This document shows, piece after piece, positions 55,670 to 64,000 of a DNA stretch of 64,000 bases (its first letter is position 1; each line of letters begins with the position of its first letter). Under the pieces are notes generated by a model, which worked only from the letters and a program-made list of their open reading frames with translations, did not search any database and was not told the origin of the DNA. Source of the DNA: Myxococcota bacterium. Its GTDB lineage: Bacteria > Myxococcota_A > UBA9042 > PHBI01 > JAWLBL01. Location: the NCBI GenBank assembly GCA_041687695.1, contig JAWLBL010000007.1, positions 128,001 through 192,000 on the forward strand, read 5' to 3'. Both the position numbers and the translations under genes were made by a program.

Positions 55670-57295
55670 ATGGCCACCTCCTTCGCTGCCTCCTGGCTCT
55701 CGGGCGCTCCCAACGCCCACGCCTTCCTCCCCGACCGCTACCGCCACCCGGACGCCCGCGCCGCCGCCGCGGCCGCCGCCGCCCAGCGCGCGCCCGACCC
55801 CGCGCTCGTCGCCGCGCTGGTCCGCCAGAACGCCGCGCTGCCACCCAGCCCGGCCCGCGACCGCCACCTCGACGACCTCGCCCGCCCCGGCACCATCGCC
55901 GTCGCCACCGGCCAGCAGGTCGGCCTCTTCCTCGGCCCGCTCTTCACCGTCTACAAGGCCGCCGCCGCGATCGCCGCCGCCCGCGCCCTCTCCCGCGAGA
56001 CCGGCCGCCCCTGCGTCCCCGTCTTCTGGCTGCAGACCGAGGACCACGACCGCCCCGAGATCGACCACGTCCTCGTCCCCCGCGCCACCGGCGCCCCGCT
56101 GCGCCTCGCGCTGCCCCCCGACGACCTCGACCCGCGCGTCCCCGTCGCCCACCGCCGCCTCGGCCCCGGGGTCCAGGCCGCCCTCGACACCCTCGACGCC
56201 GAGCTGGGCCACGAGCCCCACGCCCGCGCGCTGCTCGACCTTCTCTCCGCCGCCTACACCCCCGACGCCACCTTCCACGACGCCTTCGCGCGCACCCTCG
56301 CCGCCGTCTTCGCCGACGACGGCCTCGTCTTCCTGAACCCCCGCGACCCGGCCATCGCCCGCCTCGCCGCCCCGCTGCACCGCCGCGCCCTGCTCGAGGC
56401 CGGCCCGCTCTCCCAAGCCCTCGCCCAGCGCGCCCGCGCCCTGACCGACGCCGGCTTCGCCGCCCAGGTCCACATCCGCCCCGGCGCCCCGCTGGCCTTC
56501 TTCTCCCCCGACGCCGTCGACGGCCCCCGCTACCGCCTCGACCCGACCGCCACCCCCGACCGCTGGGCGCTCGTCGGCCACCCCGCCGACGCCACCGTCA
56601 CCACCGCCACCCTGCTCGACGCCCTCGACGCCGATCCCCTCCGCCTGACCACCTCGGCCCTGCTGCGCCCCCTCCTGCAGGACACCCTCCTGCCCACCGC
56701 CGGCTACGTCGGCGGCCCCGGCGAGATGGCCTACTTCGCCCAGCTCGGCCCGCTCTACGACGCCCTCGATCTCCCGATGCCGCTGACCATCCCGCGCGCC
56801 CGCTTCCGCGTCGTCGACGACCGCGCCCGCGGCCTGCTGGCCAAGCTCGACCTCACCCCGGCCGACCTCGCCCAGCCCCGCGAGGCCCTGCTGACCCGCC
56901 TCGCCGCCCGCGCCGCCGACGACGGCTTCGACCCGCCGGACGCCGTCCACGACCGCCTGCTCGCAGCCCTCGCCCCCGAGCTCGCCCGCCTCGGCGCCCT
57001 GATGACCGCCCTCGACCCCAACCTGGCCAAGGCCGTCTCCCGCACCGAGGACGGCGTGCGCGACGCGCTCTCCAAGCTGGTCGCCAAGTACGGCCGCGCC
57101 CTCGGCCAGCGCGATCACGTCGCCCTCGAGCGCCTCGACCGCGCCCGCGCCTTCCTCCACCCCGACGACGCCCCTCAAGAGCGCGTCCTGGGCCTGCCCT
57201 ACTTCGCCGCCCGCCTCGGGACGAAAACCTTCGCCCGGCTCGTTGTCGACGCCTGCGTCCCCTTCTCCGGCGAGCTGCGAGACCTCACCCCGTGA
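55670..57295 (+). CDS. bshC: Bacillithiol biosynthesis cysteine-adding enzyme BshC
   Basis: [52 protein letters not shown]. Confidence 0.93.
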   Translation: MATSFAASWLSGAPNAHAFLPDRYRHPDARAAAAAAAAQRAPDPALVAALVRQNAALPPSPARDRHLDDLARPGTIAVATGQQVGLFLGPLFTVYKAAAAIAAARALSRETGRPCVPVFWLQTEDHDRPEIDHVLVPRATGAPLRLALPPDDLDPRVPVAHRRLGPGVQAALDTLDAELGHEPHARALLDLLSAAYTPDATFHDAFARTLAAVFADDGLVFLNPRDPAIARLAAPLHRRALLEAGPLSQALAQRARALTDAGFAAQVHIRPGAPLAFFSPDAVDGPRYRLDPTATPDRWALVGHPADATVTTATLLDALDADPLRLTTSALLRPLLQDTLLPTAGYVGGPGEMAYFAQLGPLYDALDLPMPLTIPRARFRVVDDRARGLLAKLDLTPADLAQPREALLTRLAARAADDGFDPPDAVHDRLLAALAPELARLGALMTALDPNLAKAVSRTEDGVRDALSKLVAKYGRALGQRDHVALERLDRARAFLHPDDAPQERVLGLPYFAARLGTKTFARLVVDACVPFSGELRDLTP

Positions 57296-58095
57296 CCGTC
57301 ACCCCCGCCTACGGCTTCGACCTGGTCGCGTTCGGGCCCCACCCGGACGACGTCGAGCTGTTCTGCGGCGGGCTGCTCATCCGCCTGAGCGATCTCGGCT
57401 ACCGCGTGGCCGTGGTCGACCTCACGCGTGGCGAGATGGCCACCCGCGGCACGCCCGAGACCCGCGCCGCCGAGGCCGAGGCCGCCGCTGCCGTCCTGGG
57501 CCTGTCGCACCGCGAGAACCTGGCGCTGCCCGACGCCGGCCTGCTGCCGAACGACCCCGACCAGGTCGCCGCCATCGTCGCCGCCCTCCGCCGCCTCCGC
57601 CCCGAGCTGGTCGTCGCCCCCTGGTCGCGCGAGCGCCACCCCGACCACGAGGCCGCCAGCGCCCTGGTCACCCGCGCCGTCTTCCTGGCCGGCCTGCGCC
57701 GCTGGTCCCCCGGACGCCCACGGGATCCCGGCGCCCTGGACGCGCCGCCCTTCACGCCGCGGCAGGTCCTGTACTACCCGATGCGCCACCTGGCCGAGCC
57801 CACCTTCATCGTGGACACCACCGAGGCCGCCGAACGCAAGCTCGCCGCCATCCGCTGCTACGCGAGCCAGGTCGGCCCCGCCCCCGGCGCCCCCGAGACC
57901 CTCGTCGGCTCGCCCCTGTCGCTCACCTCCATCGACGCGCGCGACCGCTTCTACGGCGCCCAGATCGGCGTCGCCCACGGCGAGCCCTTCGTCTCGCCCA
58001 GCCCCGTCGGCCTCGTCGACCCCGTCGCCCACTTCCGGGCCAACGCCCCCGCGCCGGCCGGCGCTCGCCCCCTCCTGTTCCCCGAGCGCCGATGA
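57292..58095 (+). CDS. bshB1: GlcNAc-malate deacetylase BshB1
   Basis: [24 protein letters not shown]; lies between bshC and bshA with 4-bp overlaps. Confidence 0.92.
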   Translation: MTVTPAYGFDLVAFGPHPDDVELFCGGLLIRLSDLGYRVAVVDLTRGEMATRGTPETRAAEAEAAAAVLGLSHRENLALPDAGLLPNDPDQVAAIVAALRRLRPELVVAPWSRERHPDHEAASALVTRAVFLAGLRRWSPGRPRDPGALDAPPFTPRQVLYYPMRHLAEPTFIVDTTEAAERKLAAIRCYASQVGPAPGAPETLVGSPLSLTSIDARDRFYGAQIGVAHGEPFVSPSPVGLVDPVAHFRANAPAPAGARPLLFPERR

Positions 58096-59285
58096 CCCCT
58101 CCGCCGCTGCCCCCGCTGCCGCCCGGGCGCCTCAACATCGCCATCACCTGCTTCCCCACCTTCGGCGGCAGCGGCATCGTCGCGACCGAGATCGGCCTCG
58201 CCATGGCCAGCCGCGGCCACCGCGTCCACTTCGTCGCGCGCGACCTCCCGGTGCGCCTCGGCCGCTGCGTGCCCAACGTCCTGTTCCACGAGGTCTCCGA
58301 GAGCGACTACCCCGCGCTCCACCACAGCGGCACCTACGCCATCGCCCTGGCCAGCAAGCTGGTCGAGGTGGCCGGCTACGAGCCCCTCGACGTCCTGCAC
58401 GTCCACTACGCGGTCCCCCACGCCACCGCCGCCTGGATGGCCTCCGAGGTCCTCGGCCCCGCCAGCCCCGCCATCGTCACCACGTTGCACGGCACCGACA
58501 TCACCCTGGTCGGCGCCGACCCCGGCTACCTGCCCATCACCCGCCTGTCCATCCTCAAGAGCCACGCCGTCACGGCCCCCTCCGAGTTCCTGCGCGCCGC
58601 GACCCACGAGCGCCTGCACATCGACCCGCTGTTCCCCATCGACGTCATCCCCAACTTCGTCGACACCGCCCGCTACGCCCCCGACCGCGCCGACCGCGCC
58701 CGCCTCGACGCCCTCTTCCCCGCCGCGCCGTCGTCCGACCCGGTCCTCTTCCACGTCTCCAACTTCCGCCCCGTCAAGCGGGTGTGCGACGTGCTCCGCA
58801 TCTTCCAGCGCCTGCACGAGCAGCACCCCAGCCGCCTGGTCCTCATCGGCGACGGGCCCGAGCGCTCGCCCGCCGAGCGCCGCATCCGCGAGCTCGGTTT
58901 GGCCGACCGCGTGGCCTTTCTGGGCAAGCAGGACACCTTCGCCCCCTTGCTCGCCGCCTCGGACGCCTTCCTGCTGCCCAGCGAGACCGAGTCCTTCGGC
59001 CTCGCGGCCCTCGAGGCCCTGTCCTGCGGCGTCCCGGTGATCGCCAGCGACGTGGGCGGCCTGCCCGAGGTCGTCGACCACGGCCAGACCGGCTACCTCG
59101 CGCCGGTCGGGGACGTCGCGGCCTTCGCCGGGTACACGCTGGACCTGTTGACCCGACCCGATCGCCGCGCCACCTTCGGGGCGCTCGCCCGCGCGCGTGT
59201 GCTCGAGCGCTACCAGCTCGACCCCGCCATCGACCGGTACGAGCGCCTCTACCGGCGCGTCACCGCAGGCCGCCGCGCCCCCTGA
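58092..59285 (+). CDS. bshA: N-acetyl-alpha-D-glucosaminyl L-malate synthase BshA (GT4)
   Basis: CFPTFGGSGIVATE, HVHYAVPHA, TTLHGTDIT, SNFRPVKR, ESFGLAALEA. Confidence 0.95.
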   Translation: MTPPPLPPLPPGRLNIAITCFPTFGGSGIVATEIGLAMASRGHRVHFVARDLPVRLGRCVPNVLFHEVSESDYPALHHSGTYAIALASKLVEVAGYEPLDVLHVHYAVPHATAAWMASEVLGPASPAIVTTLHGTDITLVGADPGYLPITRLSILKSHAVTAPSEFLRAATHERLHIDPLFPIDVIPNFVDTARYAPDRADRARLDALFPAAPSSDPVLFHVSNFRPVKRVCDVLRIFQRLHEQHPSRLVLIGDGPERSPAERRIRELGLADRVAFLGKQDTFAPLLAASDAFLLPSETESFGLAALEALSCGVPVIASDVGGLPEVVDHGQTGYLAPVGDVAAFAGYTLDLLTRPDRRATFGALARARVLERYQLDPAIDRYERLYRRVTAGRRAP

Positions 59286-59309
59286 TCCCTCGCCATCGCT
59301 GGAGCCCCC

Positions 59310-60902
59310 GTGAACCTACCCAAGCCCGGGGCGGCGCGCGCGTGCGCCTTCGTCCTGCTCGCGACTTCCGCTCTGCTCGCTGCGTGCGGCTCCGACGGCC
59401 CCGGCGCGCCCACCTCCGACGCCCCAGGCTCGGACGCCGACACCTCCGCGCCCGACCCGGACGTCCCCGACAGCGCGGACGACGCGGCGGACGCGACCGA
59501 CGCGACCGACGCCGCCGAGGTCGACGACGGCGACGCGATCGGCTGGACCTCCGGCGACTTCGACGCCGACCTGTGCGCCCCGCTCGCCGCGCTGGCTTGC
59601 GCCCAGTCGGTGCCCTGCGCGTGCCCGCAGGCCCCCGAAGCCGACTTCGACGAGGCGGCGTGCCGGCTCGACTACACGGCGCGATGCCTCGAAGACGTGG
59701 CCGTCCTGGCCGGACACGTCGCCTCGGGGGCGCTGCTGTTCGACGGCGCCGCCGCGCAGGACTGCGTGGCCGAGGTGGCCGCCGGGCTCGGACCCTGCGA
59801 GCCGCCGAGCCTGTGGATGGGCGGCGTCGCCTGCGGGCGCATGCTCTCGACCCCGACGCCGGTCGGCCAGCCGTGCCAGGGGCCGGTCTGCGCCAGCTTC
59901 GCGGGCGAGTGCTTCGAGGGCACCTGCCGCCCGCTGCCGAACGCCGGGCAGGCCTGTCAGGGCGCGTGCGCGGGCGGGGCCCTGTGCCTGGGCGGCGTCT
60001 GCGGTGACCGGGTCGGGCAGGGCGGCGCGTGCCAGGCGGACGGGCAGTGTCAGCCCCCGCTCCGATGCCTCGCGGGCAGCTGCGAGCCGCTCGGGGGCCC
60101 CAGCGCGGCCTGCCAGGAAGACGCCCAGTGCGCCTCGGGTCACCGCTGCGAGGGCGGCGCTTGCGTCCGGGTCACCACCGCCGACTGCTCGAGCGACGCC
60201 GTCTGCGGCAACGCCGGCGTGTGCGTCGGCCAGGCCGGGCGCACGTGCGACCCGCTGGCCGCCGAGGGCGAGGCCTGCGAGTACGCCGAGCACTGCGATC
60301 CGGCGCTGTGGTGCGTGCCCGACAGCAAGACCTGCGCGCCCCGTCCCGGCCAGGACGAGGCCTGCGCGGACGGTGTGTACTGCGCGCCGGGCCTGGGCTG
60401 CGCCGAGCTGGACCACACCTGCCAGCCGCTGCCGGGCGACGGCGAGATGTGCGCCTTCGGCCCCGGCGGACCGCTCTGCGCCGAGCCGCTGGCCTGCGTC
60501 GACGGGCAGTGCGCGCCGCTCCCCGGCCTGGACCAACCCTGCGCGATGGACAACCGCTGCGCCGCCCCCTACGGCTGCGACTTCACGCCCGAGGGCAGCG
60601 TCTGCAAGGCGCGCCGGCCCGCGGGTGGCGCCTGCGAGGCCGACTGGATCTGCGACGACGGCCTGTTCTGCGACCACACCCAGAGCCAGTGCGCGCCGCA
60701 CTACGCGACCGGCGCGGCGTGCAGCCAGGGCGGCGAGTGCGGCCCCGCCGGATCCTGCCTGCCGGACGGGCAGGGGGCCTTCGCCTGCGCGCCGCTGCCC
60801 GGCCTGGGGGACGGGTGCCTGTTCGACTGCGCCGAGGGCGCCTGCCGGTTGCACGTCGCCTGGTCGGCCTGCGCGCCGGCGGTCTGCGGTGCCATCGACT
60901 GA
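59310..60902 (+). CDS. Cys-rich repeat lipoprotein
   Basis: Lipobox LAAC, acidic linker, about ten GxxC...C...C...C modules. Confidence 0.82.
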   Translation: MNLPKPGAARACAFVLLATSALLAACGSDGPGAPTSDAPGSDADTSAPDPDVPDSADDAADATDATDAAEVDDGDAIGWTSGDFDADLCAPLAALACAQSVPCACPQAPEADFDEAACRLDYTARCLEDVAVLAGHVASGALLFDGAAAQDCVAEVAAGLGPCEPPSLWMGGVACGRMLSTPTPVGQPCQGPVCASFAGECFEGTCRPLPNAGQACQGACAGGALCLGGVCGDRVGQGGACQADGQCQPPLRCLAGSCEPLGGPSAACQEDAQCASGHRCEGGACVRVTTADCSSDAVCGNAGVCVGQAGRTCDPLAAEGEACEYAEHCDPALWCVPDSKTCAPRPGQDEACADGVYCAPGLGCAELDHTCQPLPGDGEMCAFGPGGPLCAEPLACVDGQCAPLPGLDQPCAMDNRCAAPYGCDFTPEGSVCKARRPAGGACEADWICDDGLFCDHTQSQCAPHYATGAACSQGGECGPAGSCLPDGQGAFACAPLPGLGDGCLFDCAEGACRLHVAWSACAPAVCGAID

Positions 60903-60910
60903 GCGGTCGT

Positions 60911-60958
60911 CTTCGAAAGGCCGAGGCCCCCGCGAGCGACGCTCGGCGAGGGCCTCGG
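60911..60958 (-). terminator. Intrinsic terminator downstream of the DUF2911 gene
   Basis: CCGAGGCCC...GGGCCTCGG stem followed by CCTTTCGAAG on the minus strand. Confidence 0.55.
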
Positions 60959-60979
60959 GGCGTGGTCACCCGAGGGCGA

Positions 60980-61831
60980 CTACTTCTTGTTCTTCCAGTC
61001 GGCCAGGGCCTTCTCGACCTGCGCCTTGTAGAAGAAGTACGAGTCCTTCTGGCCCAGGTCCCAGGCGACCTGGGCGAACTTGCGGGCGTCCTTGTACTTG
61101 CCCTGGCGCGCCAGGATGTCGGCCTTGATCCAGTTGTTGAACCAGGTCGACTTGATGGCGATCGACTGCTCGGCGTACTTGAGCGCGGTCGGCAGATCGC
61201 CCGCCGTGTCGGCCATGTAGCGGGCGGCCGCCAGGTGGTTGCGCCAGGCGTTGTTCAGGGCGGCGTCGATGTTCGCCTTGGCCTGCTCGGAGGTCTGGGC
61301 GAGCACCGGGACCGAGACCTTGAGGGTGGCCCACTCGAGGTCCAGCGTCGTGGCGTCGTCGGTCGTGTTCGAGAACAGGAAGGTCAGGCGCTCGCGGGCG
61401 GGGATCTCGGTCGCCGTGACCTCGACGCGGGCGGCGTCATCCTTGGGGTCGTACTGCTTGCCGCCCGAGTACAGGTCGGTGGCCTTCGAGAGGATGACCG
61501 TCCAGGTCTTCTGGCCGGGGATCGAGACGATCGCGTAGGTGCCGGCCGGGACGGGCTTGCCGCCGAAGGTCACGTCCTTGCTGAAGGTGATCTTGGTGGA
61601 CGCGTTCGCGCCGGTGCGCCAGGGCTTGTCCCAGGGGACGAGGCCGCCAAAGATGGCGCGGCCTTTGACGCCCGGGCTCGAGTACTCGACCGTGACGTCG
61701 GTCAGGCCGACGCGCTGCTTGACCATCGCCGGCGGGCTGGCGGCGGGGAGCTCGAGCTGCTGGGCCGCCGCGGGCACGGCCGCGAGCAGGCAGAGGGCCC
61801 CGAGGGCGCTGCGGAGGGCTACCTTGTTCAT
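60980..61831 (-). CDS. Exported DUF2911 protein with C-terminal TPR
   Basis: Signal peptide; ASPPAMVKQRVGLTDVTVEYSSPGVKGR, LVPWDKPWRTGAN. Confidence 0.88.
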   Translation of the reverse strand: MNKVALRSALGALCLLAAVPAAAQQLELPAASPPAMVKQRVGLTDVTVEYSSPGVKGRAIFGGLVPWDKPWRTGANASTKITFSKDVTFGGKPVPAGTYAIVSIPGQKTWTVILSKATDLYSGGKQYDPKDDAARVEVTATEIPARERLTFLFSNTTDDATTLDLEWATLKVSVPVLAQTSEQAKANIDAALNNAWRNHLAAARYMADTAGDLPTALKYAEQSIAIKSTWFNNWIKADILARQGKYKDARKFAQVAWDLGQKDSYFFYKAQVEKALADWKNKK

Positions 61832-61876
61832 CTTCGGCACGTCCTTGGACACGAATGGGGGTGGAAAATCGATGGG

Positions 61877-61904
61877 AGTCTATGAAGGCGGACGGCCGTG
61901 TCAA
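61877..61904 (-). promoter_or_regulatory. Sigma70-like promoter of the DUF2911 gene
   Basis: TTGACA-N16-TAGACT. Confidence 0.55.
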
Positions 61905-61922
61905 TGCAAGGGCAGGGCGGGA

Positions 61923-62993
61923 TCACACACCAGCGAGCCGCACCGGGGTCCGCTTGGCCCCCCACGCCCCCGGAGGCCCGTCGAAGACGCCCGCGAGCGC
62001 CTCGCCGCAGCCCTGGCACCGCCCGGCGGCGTCCAGTCGCCAGCGCTCGAGCTCGTACCAGTCGCGCTGGATGACCACCTCGCCGCACCCGTGGCACAGG
62101 GTCGCGTCGCCTTCGGGATCGTGCACGTTCCCCGTGTAGACGTGCCGGAGGCCGGCCTCGCGGGCGACGCGTCGCGCGCGCTGCACGGTCGCCAGGGACG
62201 TCGCCGGAACCTCGCGCATCCGGAAGTCCGGGTGGAAGGCGCTCAGGTGCAGCGGCACGTCCGGGCCCATGTGCTCGGCCAACCACCCGGCGAGCTGGGC
62301 CACCTCGGCGTCCGAGTCGTTGAGCCCCGGGATGAGCAGGGTGGTGACCTCGACCCAGACGTGCGTCTCGCGGGCCAGGTACTCCAGCGTCTCCAGCACC
62401 GGCCCCAGCTTCGCGAAGCAGATCCTTTCGTAGAACCCCTCGGTGAACGCCTTGAGGTCCACGTTGGCGGCGTCCATCGCCCCGAAGAAGTCCGCCCGCG
62501 CCGCCTCGCCGATGTACCCGGCCGTGACCGCGACCGTCTTGATCCCTCGCGCGCGGCAGGCCGCCGCCGTGTCGATGGCGTACTCCGCCCAGATGACGGG
62601 ATCGTTATAAGTAAAGGCGACGCTCCGGCAGCCCAGCCGGCCCGCGGCGGCCGCGATGGCCTCCGGGGTGGCCGCGTCGCTCATCCGCTCGACCTCGCGA
62701 GACTTCGAGGTCTCCCAGTTCTGGCAGAACTTGCACCCCAGGTTGCAGCCGGCCGTGCCAAAGGACAGCACCGGCGTGCCCGGCAGGAAGTGGTTGAGCG
62801 GCTTCTTCTCGATGGGGTCGACGCAGAAGCCCGTGCTGCGGCCCCAGGTGGTCAGGACCAGGCCGTCGCCCTCGCGGGCGCGCACGAAGCAGAAGGCGCG
62901 CTGCCCGTCGTGCAGGCGGCAGTGGCGCGGACACAGGTCGCACTGGATGCGTCCGTCGTCCAACGCGTGCCAGTATCGGGCTGGATGGTTCAT
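61923..62993 (-). CDS. amrS: AmmeMemoRadiSam system radical SAM enzyme
   Basis: CDLCPRHC, FCVDPIEKKPLNHF, GCNLGCKFCQNW (CX3CX2C), FTYNDP, NVDLKAF, VYTGNVHD. Confidence 0.92.
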   Translation of the reverse strand: MNHPARYWHALDDGRIQCDLCPRHCRLHDGQRAFCFVRAREGDGLVLTTWGRSTGFCVDPIEKKPLNHFLPGTPVLSFGTAGCNLGCKFCQNWETSKSREVERMSDAATPEAIAAAAGRLGCRSVAFTYNDPVIWAEYAIDTAAACRARGIKTVAVTAGYIGEAARADFFGAMDAANVDLKAFTEGFYERICFAKLGPVLETLEYLARETHVWVEVTTLLIPGLNDSDAEVAQLAGWLAEHMGPDVPLHLSAFHPDFRMREVPATSLATVQRARRVAREAGLRHVYTGNVHDPEGDATLCHGCGEVVIQRDWYELERWRLDAAGRCQGCGEALAGVFDGPPGAWGAKRTPVRLAGV

Positions 62994-63030
62994 GCGTGAC
63001 CCCGTAGGCTCCCGGGTCGGGAGCGAGGCC

Positions 63031-63882
63031 ATGAAGACAAGCACCATGCGTCGTGAGACCACCCCCCAGCGACCGCAGCGTGCCACCACCGACGCGCCGC
63101 CCTGGGACGCCTTCCATCCCCGCTGGCTCGGGCCGCACCCTCAGGCGGGCGACGCGGGCGTCGTCGTGGTCCACGGCTTCACGGGCTCCGTGTGGGACGT
63201 GCTGCCCCAGGCCGAGGCCCTGGCCGACGCCGGCCATCCGGTCGTGGTCCCCTGCCTGCACGGCCACGACCGCGGCCCCGGCGGCATCCAGGGCGCGCGC
63301 CTGCACGACTGGCGCCGCGACGTCCGCGCGCCCGCCGAGGCGCTCTACGAGGCGACCGGCCGCCCCATCCTGGTCGTCGGCCTGTCCATGGGCAGCCTGC
63401 TCGCCATCGATCTGGCCCTGTCCGGCGCCGTCCCCATCGCCGGCCTGGCCCTGCTGGCTTCGCCGCTGGCCATCGGCCGCCTCTCCAGCGCCGTCGCCGC
63501 CCTGTCGGTCTCGCCCCGCACCCCCTGGGCCGCGTCCGTCCACTGGCCCAAGCTCGGCGGCTCCGACATCTCGAACCGCGCCCCGACCCCCGGCGCCCGC
63601 GCGACGCCCCTGCGCGCCGCCCACGAGCTGTTCCAGCTGCGCGACCACGTCCGCGCCGGCCTCGGCCGCCTGACCGTGCCCCTGCTCGTCGTCCACGGCC
63701 GCCAGGACCACACGGCGCCGGTCGCCGGCGCCTACGAGCTGGCCCACGCCGCCGTCGCCGCCCCGTCGCTGCGCCTCGTCGTGCTCGACGAGGGCTGGCA
63801 CGTCATCACCCGCGACGTCAGCGCCGCCCGCGTCACCCTCGAGGTGCTCGCCTTCGCCGCCCGCGTGGCCCCGGCCCGCTGA
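63031..63882 (+). CDS. Carboxylesterase/monoacylglycerol lipase-like alpha/beta hydrolase (alternative start 63046)
   Basis: VHGFTGS, GLSMGS, QDHT, WHVITRD. Confidence 0.85.
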   Translation: MKTSTMRRETTPQRPQRATTDAPPWDAFHPRWLGPHPQAGDAGVVVVHGFTGSVWDVLPQAEALADAGHPVVVPCLHGHDRGPGGIQGARLHDWRRDVRAPAEALYEATGRPILVVGLSMGSLLAIDLALSGAVPIAGLALLASPLAIGRLSSAVAALSVSPRTPWAASVHWPKLGGSDISNRAPTPGARATPLRAAHELFQLRDHVRAGLGRLTVPLLVVHGRQDHTAPVAGAYELAHAAVAAPSLRLVVLDEGWHVITRDVSAARVTLEVLAFAARVAPAR

Positions 63883-63898
63883 GCCCGCTCGTCCGGGC

Positions 63899-63958
63899 CT
63901 TCGAAACGACCGAGGGCGGGTGCCCGTGACCTCCCGGTCCCGGGCCGCCCGCCCTCGG
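63899..63958 (-). terminator. Terminator-like hairpin, probably for a minus-strand gene entering from beyond the window
   Basis: CCGAGGGCGGG...CCCGCCCTCGG stem followed by TCGTTTCGAAG on the minus strand. Confidence 0.5.
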
Positions 63959-64000
63959 CGCGTCACCTCGGCGGCCGCCCTCCGTCAGCTCGGGGGCCGC

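Noticed and set aside
61923..62993. Radical SAM enzyme as a RiPP maturase
   Set aside because: Motifs match AmrS, and no precursor peptide, SPASM domain or exporter is adjacent.

Overview
A 64 kb, very GC-rich (about three-quarters G+C by eye), gene-dense chromosomal segment. MYXO-CTERM sorting tails, myxobacterial Cys-rich repeats, Hanks-type kinases and many lipoproteins point to Myxococcota (inference). About 55 CDS can be supported. They include housekeeping genes (polA, queG, truD, malic enzyme, PduO-type adenosyltransferase, ExbB/ExbD, an RRM protein, a K+/H+ antiporter, an SMR exporter), plus a tRNA-Ala(GGC) and a complete bacillithiol operon (bshC-bshB1-bshA). No integrase, transposase, prophage, reverse transcriptase or CRISPR array is visible. 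Best leads: (1) a secreted PIG-L deacetylase / small membrane protein / Na+:solute symporter operon divergent from the bsh operon, a candidate bacillithiol or GlcNAc-conjugate salvage-import system; (2) a three-gene unit of a His-motif membrane protein, a small Glu/His membrane protein and a 61-aa protein that is only signal peptide + 11 residues + MYXO-CTERM; (3) a 178-bp fold-back MITE with a TA duplication that has rewritten the C-terminus of a Rieske protein; (4) a P1B-ATPase homologue that has lost most catalytic and metal-binding motifs but remains a full-length ORF; (5) a conserved TTTCGAAG tail after four unrelated terminator hairpins. Most long ORFs in the supplied track are high-GC shadow frames. 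Start codons were picked by eye and no database search was run.
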